Part shown: positions 60,479 through 64,000 of the stretch, in pieces
Layout of the letters: each line of letters starts with the position of its first letter
Numbering within the stretch: the stretch's first letter is position 1
Assembly (NCBI GenBank): GCA_018242215.1
Contig: JAFECG010000019.1
Coordinates: 547,994 to 611,993 of the forward strand
Reading direction: 5' to 3'
DNA: 64,000 bases
From: Pseudomonadota bacterium
GTDB lineage: Bacteria > Pseudomonadota > Alphaproteobacteria > Rhizobiales > Hyphomicrobiaceae
The notes under the pieces: generated by a model
Databases searched by the model: none
Told to the model about the DNA's origin: nothing
Seen by the model: the letters and a program-made list of their open reading frames with translations, nothing else
Program-made: the position numbers and the translations under genes

Positions 60479-61810
60479 CTAGGTGCGCTCGACGCCAGCG
60501 TATTCATAGACCGTTTCACCGGCAACCACGGTTTTGAGCACGCGACCTTGCATTTTGGCTTCGTCGAAAGGTGTGTTCTTTGAACGCGAGCGCAGCAGAT
60601 CCTTGTTGACGACCCAAGGTTCGCCGGGGTCGAACAGGACGAGGTCGGCAATGGCGCCCTTTGCGAGGCGGCCGGAATGGAGGCCGAGCAGCCGGGCGGG
60701 ATTGATCGTCAGCGCCTTGAGCATCGCGGGTAGCGTGATATCGCCGGAGTGCACGAGGCGGAGAGCGGCAGATAGCAGCGTTTCGAGTCCGACGGCGCCG
60801 TCGGCGGCTTCCGCGAACGGGCGGCGCTTGGTGTCTGCGTCCTGAGGATCATGGCTCGAGACGATAATATCGATATCGCCGTTCGCGATCCCTTGAACCA
60901 TCGCGGCGCGATCTTCTTCGCGCCGCAGTGGCGGCCGCACCTTAAAGAAGGTGCGGTAGGAGCCGATGTCGTTCTCGTTGAGCGTCAAGTGATTGATTGA
61001 GACGCCACAGCTTACCGGCAGCTTTCTGGCCTTCGCATGTCTGACAACGTCGAGGCTTTCCTGACAGCTGATCGTCGCGGCGTGATAACGGCCCCCCGTC
61101 ATTTCGACGAGACGGACGTCACGCTCGAGCATGATGGTCTCCGATATTTTCGAGACGCCGGAAAGCCCGAGCCGTGAGGCGACCTCGCCCGAATTCATCG
61201 CGCCGCTCGAAAGATAGGGATCTTCGGTGTGGTGGACGACGAGGGCGCCGAAGTCCTTCGCGTAGCTCAGGGCATTACGCATCACGCGCGTATTCACGAC
61301 GCTCGACTTGCCATTGGAAAACGCGATGGCGCCAGCGCGTTTCAGAAGGCCGATCTCGGTCATTTCCTCGCCCTGTAGGCCTTTCGTCATCGCCGCCATG
61401 GTGTGAACGTGGACAAGGGCGTTGTCACGGGCGCGACGCTGGATGAAATCGACGAGCGCGACCTGATCGATCACCGGGTTCGTATCAGGCATGACGACGA
61501 TCGTCGTGACACCACCGGCAGCGGCCGCGTGACTCGCCGTCTTCAATGTTTCGCGGTGTTCGTAGCCCGGTTCGCCGGTGAAGACCTGCGCGTCGATCAG
61601 GCCGGGCGCGAGAACGTTCCCCTTGCAGTCGACGACGGTCGCCCCTTCCGGCGCGTTCCGGCGCAAATGCGCACCGAGATCGGCGATCACTCCGTCCTTG
61701 ACGAGAAGGCCGCCGGGTTCGTCACGGTTCGAGGCCGGATCGATCAGGCGGGCGTTGATGAAGACGGTCGCCGGACCGACGCTTTTCGGCTTTTCGATCG
61801 GCTTTCTCAT
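60479..61810 (-). CDS. Dihydroorotase-like protein, probably the non-catalytic PyrC' type
   Basis: It has the amidohydrolase fold and overlaps the pyrB stop by 4 nt. Where class I dihydroorotases have D-x-H-x-H, this protein has [13 protein letters not shown]. Later ligand positions also look altered (SINHLTL, SSHDPQD). Confidence 0.7.
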   Translation of the reverse strand: MRKPIEKPKSVGPATVFINARLIDPASNRDEPGGLLVKDGVIADLGAHLRRNAPEGATVVDCKGNVLAPGLIDAQVFTGEPGYEHRETLKTASHAAAAGGVTTIVVMPDTNPVIDQVALVDFIQRRARDNALVHVHTMAAMTKGLQGEEMTEIGLLKRAGAIAFSNGKSSVVNTRVMRNALSYAKDFGALVVHHTEDPYLSSGAMNSGEVASRLGLSGVSKISETIMLERDVRLVEMTGGRYHAATISCQESLDVVRHAKARKLPVSCGVSINHLTLNENDIGSYRTFFKVRPPLRREEDRAAMVQGIANGDIDIIVSSHDPQDADTKRRPFAEAADGAVGLETLLSAALRLVHSGDITLPAMLKALTINPARLLGLHSGRLAKGAIADLVLFDPGEPWVVNKDLLRSRSKNTPFDEAKMQGRVLKTVVAGETVYEYAGVERT

Positions 61811-62781
61811 GGCGCGTCCTCCGAGAAGCCCGGAAGGTGCGCGGACAAGGCTTCGAGAACGGCCATGCGGACCGCAACGCCCATTTCTACCTGGTCGCGG
61901 ATCACGCTTCTCGAATGATCAGCGATGGTTGAAGCAATCTCGACGCCGCGGTTCATCGGTCCTGGATGCATGACGAGCGCATCGGGTTTCGCGCGCGCGA
62001 GCTTTTCGTGATCGAGGCCAAAGAAATGAAAGAATTCGCGGACAGAGGGCACATAGGACGATTCCATGCGCTCGCGCTGGAGGCGCAGCATCATGACGAT
62101 GTCGACGTTTTCGATGCCCTTCCACATATCCGTGAAAACTTCACAGCCGAGGCGTTCCGGTGATGAGGGCAGAAGGGTCGTCGGAGCGATGATGCGCACG
62201 CGGGCGCCGAGCGCATTCAACACATTGATGTTGGAGCGCGCGACACGCGAGTGGAGGATGTCGCCGCAGATTGCGACCGTCAGGCCTGCGACGCGACCCT
62301 TCGCGCGGCGGATCGTCAGGGCGTCGAGAAGCGCCTGCGTCGGATGCTGATGCGCACCGTCTCCGGCATTGATCACAGAGCAATCGACTTTCTGAGACAA
62401 AAGTTCGACGGCGCCCGCCGCGTGATGGCGAACAACGATGATGTCGGGGCGCATCGCGTTGAGCGTCACGGCCGTGTCGATCAGTGTCTCACCTTTGGTG
62501 ACCGACGACGTTGCGACGTTCATATTCATCACGTCCGCGCTCAGTCGCTTACCGGCCATCTCGAACGAGGACTGCGTGCGGGTGGAGGATTCAAAGAAGA
62601 GATTGATCAGCGTTCGTCCAGCGAGGACCTGACGCTTGCGGCCGTTGTTGCGGATGTGATCGGCGTTCCGGTCGGCGAGATCGAGAAGAAAATTGATCTC
62701 GTTTGCCGACAGACCTTCGCAAGTCAGCAAATGGCGGCGCGGAAAAACTTTCAGCGCGTTGGCGTTCGATTTCGATGTCAT
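61807..62781 (-). CDS. pyrB: Aspartate carbamoyltransferase catalytic subunit
   Basis: The motifs are STRTQSSFE (carbamoyl-phosphate site), HPTQ and HPGPMNRG. I moved the start to the ATG at complement 62779-62781 (MTSKSNA). Confidence 0.9.
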   Translation of the reverse strand: MTSKSNANALKVFPRRHLLTCEGLSANEINFLLDLADRNADHIRNNGRKRQVLAGRTLINLFFESSTRTQSSFEMAGKRLSADVMNMNVATSSVTKGETLIDTAVTLNAMRPDIIVVRHHAAGAVELLSQKVDCSVINAGDGAHQHPTQALLDALTIRRAKGRVAGLTVAICGDILHSRVARSNINVLNALGARVRIIAPTTLLPSSPERLGCEVFTDMWKGIENVDIVMMLRLQRERMESSYVPSVREFFHFFGLDHEKLARAKPDALVMHPGPMNRGVEIASTIADHSRSVIRDQVEMGVAVRMAVLEALSAHLPGFSEDAP

Positions 62782-63058
62782 TAAAGGCGCTTCTATAGGG
62801 GGAGTCTTGCGAGGCTGCAAGCGCGGGGGGCGACATCAATCGTAAAGACCTTAATGGAGCCTCAAATACCACGGCTCGTGTGGCCGAAAGGCGGGGATAT
62901 TGTCTATCCTCGGACGAGCGCGGCTGAGCCCGTCAGCTTGTCGGAGAGTCAATATTGAGCCTTCGGCGCATTTTAAGCTGGATTCCCGATCGGTCTCGCA
63001 GGCTCAGCCGATCGAGAATGACGGGGGGCTGGCATCCGCGTGTGGTTGGGTCGGACTG

Positions 63059-63559
63059 CTATGTTTCCTGCTTCAGCCGGTCGAGTGCGCTTTGCAGAAT
63101 GATTGTCGCGGCCAATTTGTCGATGACCTCAGCCCGGCGTTTTCGCGTCTGGTCGGCGTCGATCAGCATGCGCTCGGCCTCGGCTGTGGTCAGACGTTCG
63201 TCCCACAGCAGAATGGGCAACGGCGAGAGCTTATTGAGGTTGCGTGCGAGAGCGCGGGTTGCCTGGGCGCGCGGACCTTCGGTTCCGTCCAAATTGCGCG
63301 GGAGGCCGAGCACAAGTCCGGAAATCCCGTGTTCGGCGACGATGGCGAACAGCCGTGCGGCATCGGACGTGAACTTTGTCCTGCGGATCGTCTCGAGGGG
63401 GGACGCGATCGTCCGGCGGACGTCGGAAAGAGCGAGGCCGAGCGTTTTCGTACCGGCGTCAATTCCGATCAGCCGGCCCGAATCCATCGCGGCGGCGCGG
63501 AATTGCTCAGGGTCTTCCGTGGTTAGCCCTTGCGGGCCGGGCGTGGTGGTCTGTGTCAC
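63059..63559 (-). CDS. ruvX: Holliday junction resolvase-like protein RuvX (YqgF)
   Basis: The product reads LIGIDAGTKTLGLALSD...GLVLGLPRNLDGTEGPRAQATRALARNL...LWDERLTTAEAER. The start is GTG 63559 or ATG 63487. The track ORF start at 63982 is far too long. Confidence 0.85.
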   Translation of the reverse strand: MTQTTTPGPQGLTTEDPEQFRAAAMDSGRLIGIDAGTKTLGLALSDVRRTIASPLETIRRTKFTSDAARLFAIVAEHGISGLVLGLPRNLDGTEGPRAQATRALARNLNKLSPLPILLWDERLTTAEAERMLIDADQTRKRRAEVIDKLAATIILQSALDRLKQET

Positions 63560-63766
63560 TCGGGAAGCCTGACGTCGAAAGCCGTGGGATCGAGAAGTGC
63601 CTCTAGCAGCTTCGGCGGCAAATTGGCATTGTCCGAGCGGCCGGATTTGGCTTTCCCGGCCATTTCCGTGGCTTAATGCCGGTGGGATGGCGCCTCTTGT
63701 TGCATTTGAGGCATCGGGCCGGTTATGAGAGCGGCGCGATCCCCCGATTTTCTTGAAGGGACTTTT

Positions 63767-64000
63767 CATGCAGGTCGACGAAGCGACCGTTCGCCGTATC
63801 GCGCGTCTCGCCCGGATCAAGGTGAGCGACGAGGAGGCCAAGGGTCTCGAGAAGGAGCTTTCCGGTATCCTCGACTGGGTGAAGCAACTCGACGAGGTCG
63901 ATACGTCGTCGGTCGAGCCGATGACCCGGGTCGTCGACCAAAAGCTGAAGATGCGGGACGATGTCGTGACGGATGGCGACATCGCAGATCAGATCACGGC
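63767..64000 (+). CDS. gatC: Asp-tRNA(Asn)/Glu-tRNA(Gln) amidotransferase subunit C (3' end beyond the window)
   Basis: Hand translation from ATG 63767 gives [56 protein letters not shown], the GatC signature. It has no stop in the window, so it is absent from the ORF track. Confidence 0.85.

Overview
This 64-kb window is a high-GC chromosomal segment with alphaproteobacterial (Hyphomicrobiales/Rhizobiales-like) gene content. It carries MoxR-DUF58, DUF1285, Usg, bactofilin, EipB/DUF1849, DUF3572-DivK-PleD, ClpS-ClpA and a suf Fe-S cluster operon. It also carries tyrS, anmK, parE, panC, putA, rnr, topA, dprA, plsY, pyrB plus a dihydroorotase-like gene, ruvX and gatC. Most of it is ordinary, densely coded core genome with the long antisense shadow ORFs typical of GC-rich DNA. 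I found no tRNA, rRNA, CRISPR array, integrase or transposase. The one clearly accessory patch lies at about 2.2-5.4 kb. It contains an AT-rich islet of about 1.9 kb whose only gene is a 570-aa retron-type reverse transcriptase fused to a C-terminal TOPRIM domain, the architecture of Ec67/Retron-Eco2. Upstream of that gene is a candidate msr-msd RNA bracketed by a perfect 13-nt inverted repeat. Next to the islet are a frameshifted PNPOx-like gene, a diverged second copy of the last ~19 codons of the DUF1285 gene, and about 550 nt of GC-rich structured non-coding DNA. Other points worth a second look: (a) an Rrf2 regulator and an NifS/IscS-type cysteine desulfurase read as one continuous ORF at the head of the suf operon, preceded by IRO-like and ICE-like iron boxes; (b) a lower-GC orphan ORF wedged between sufB and sufC; (c) a triple-hairpin REP-like element between sufC and sufD; (d) an N-terminally truncated Mur-ligase paralogue with a Cys-rich tail; (e) a dihydroorotase-like protein lacking the His-x-His metal site; (f) two unusually long spacers, rhlE/desaturase and pleD/rpmG. 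All calls come from reading the translated ORFs and the nucleotides by eye. No database search or folding program was available, so family names are recollection-based.
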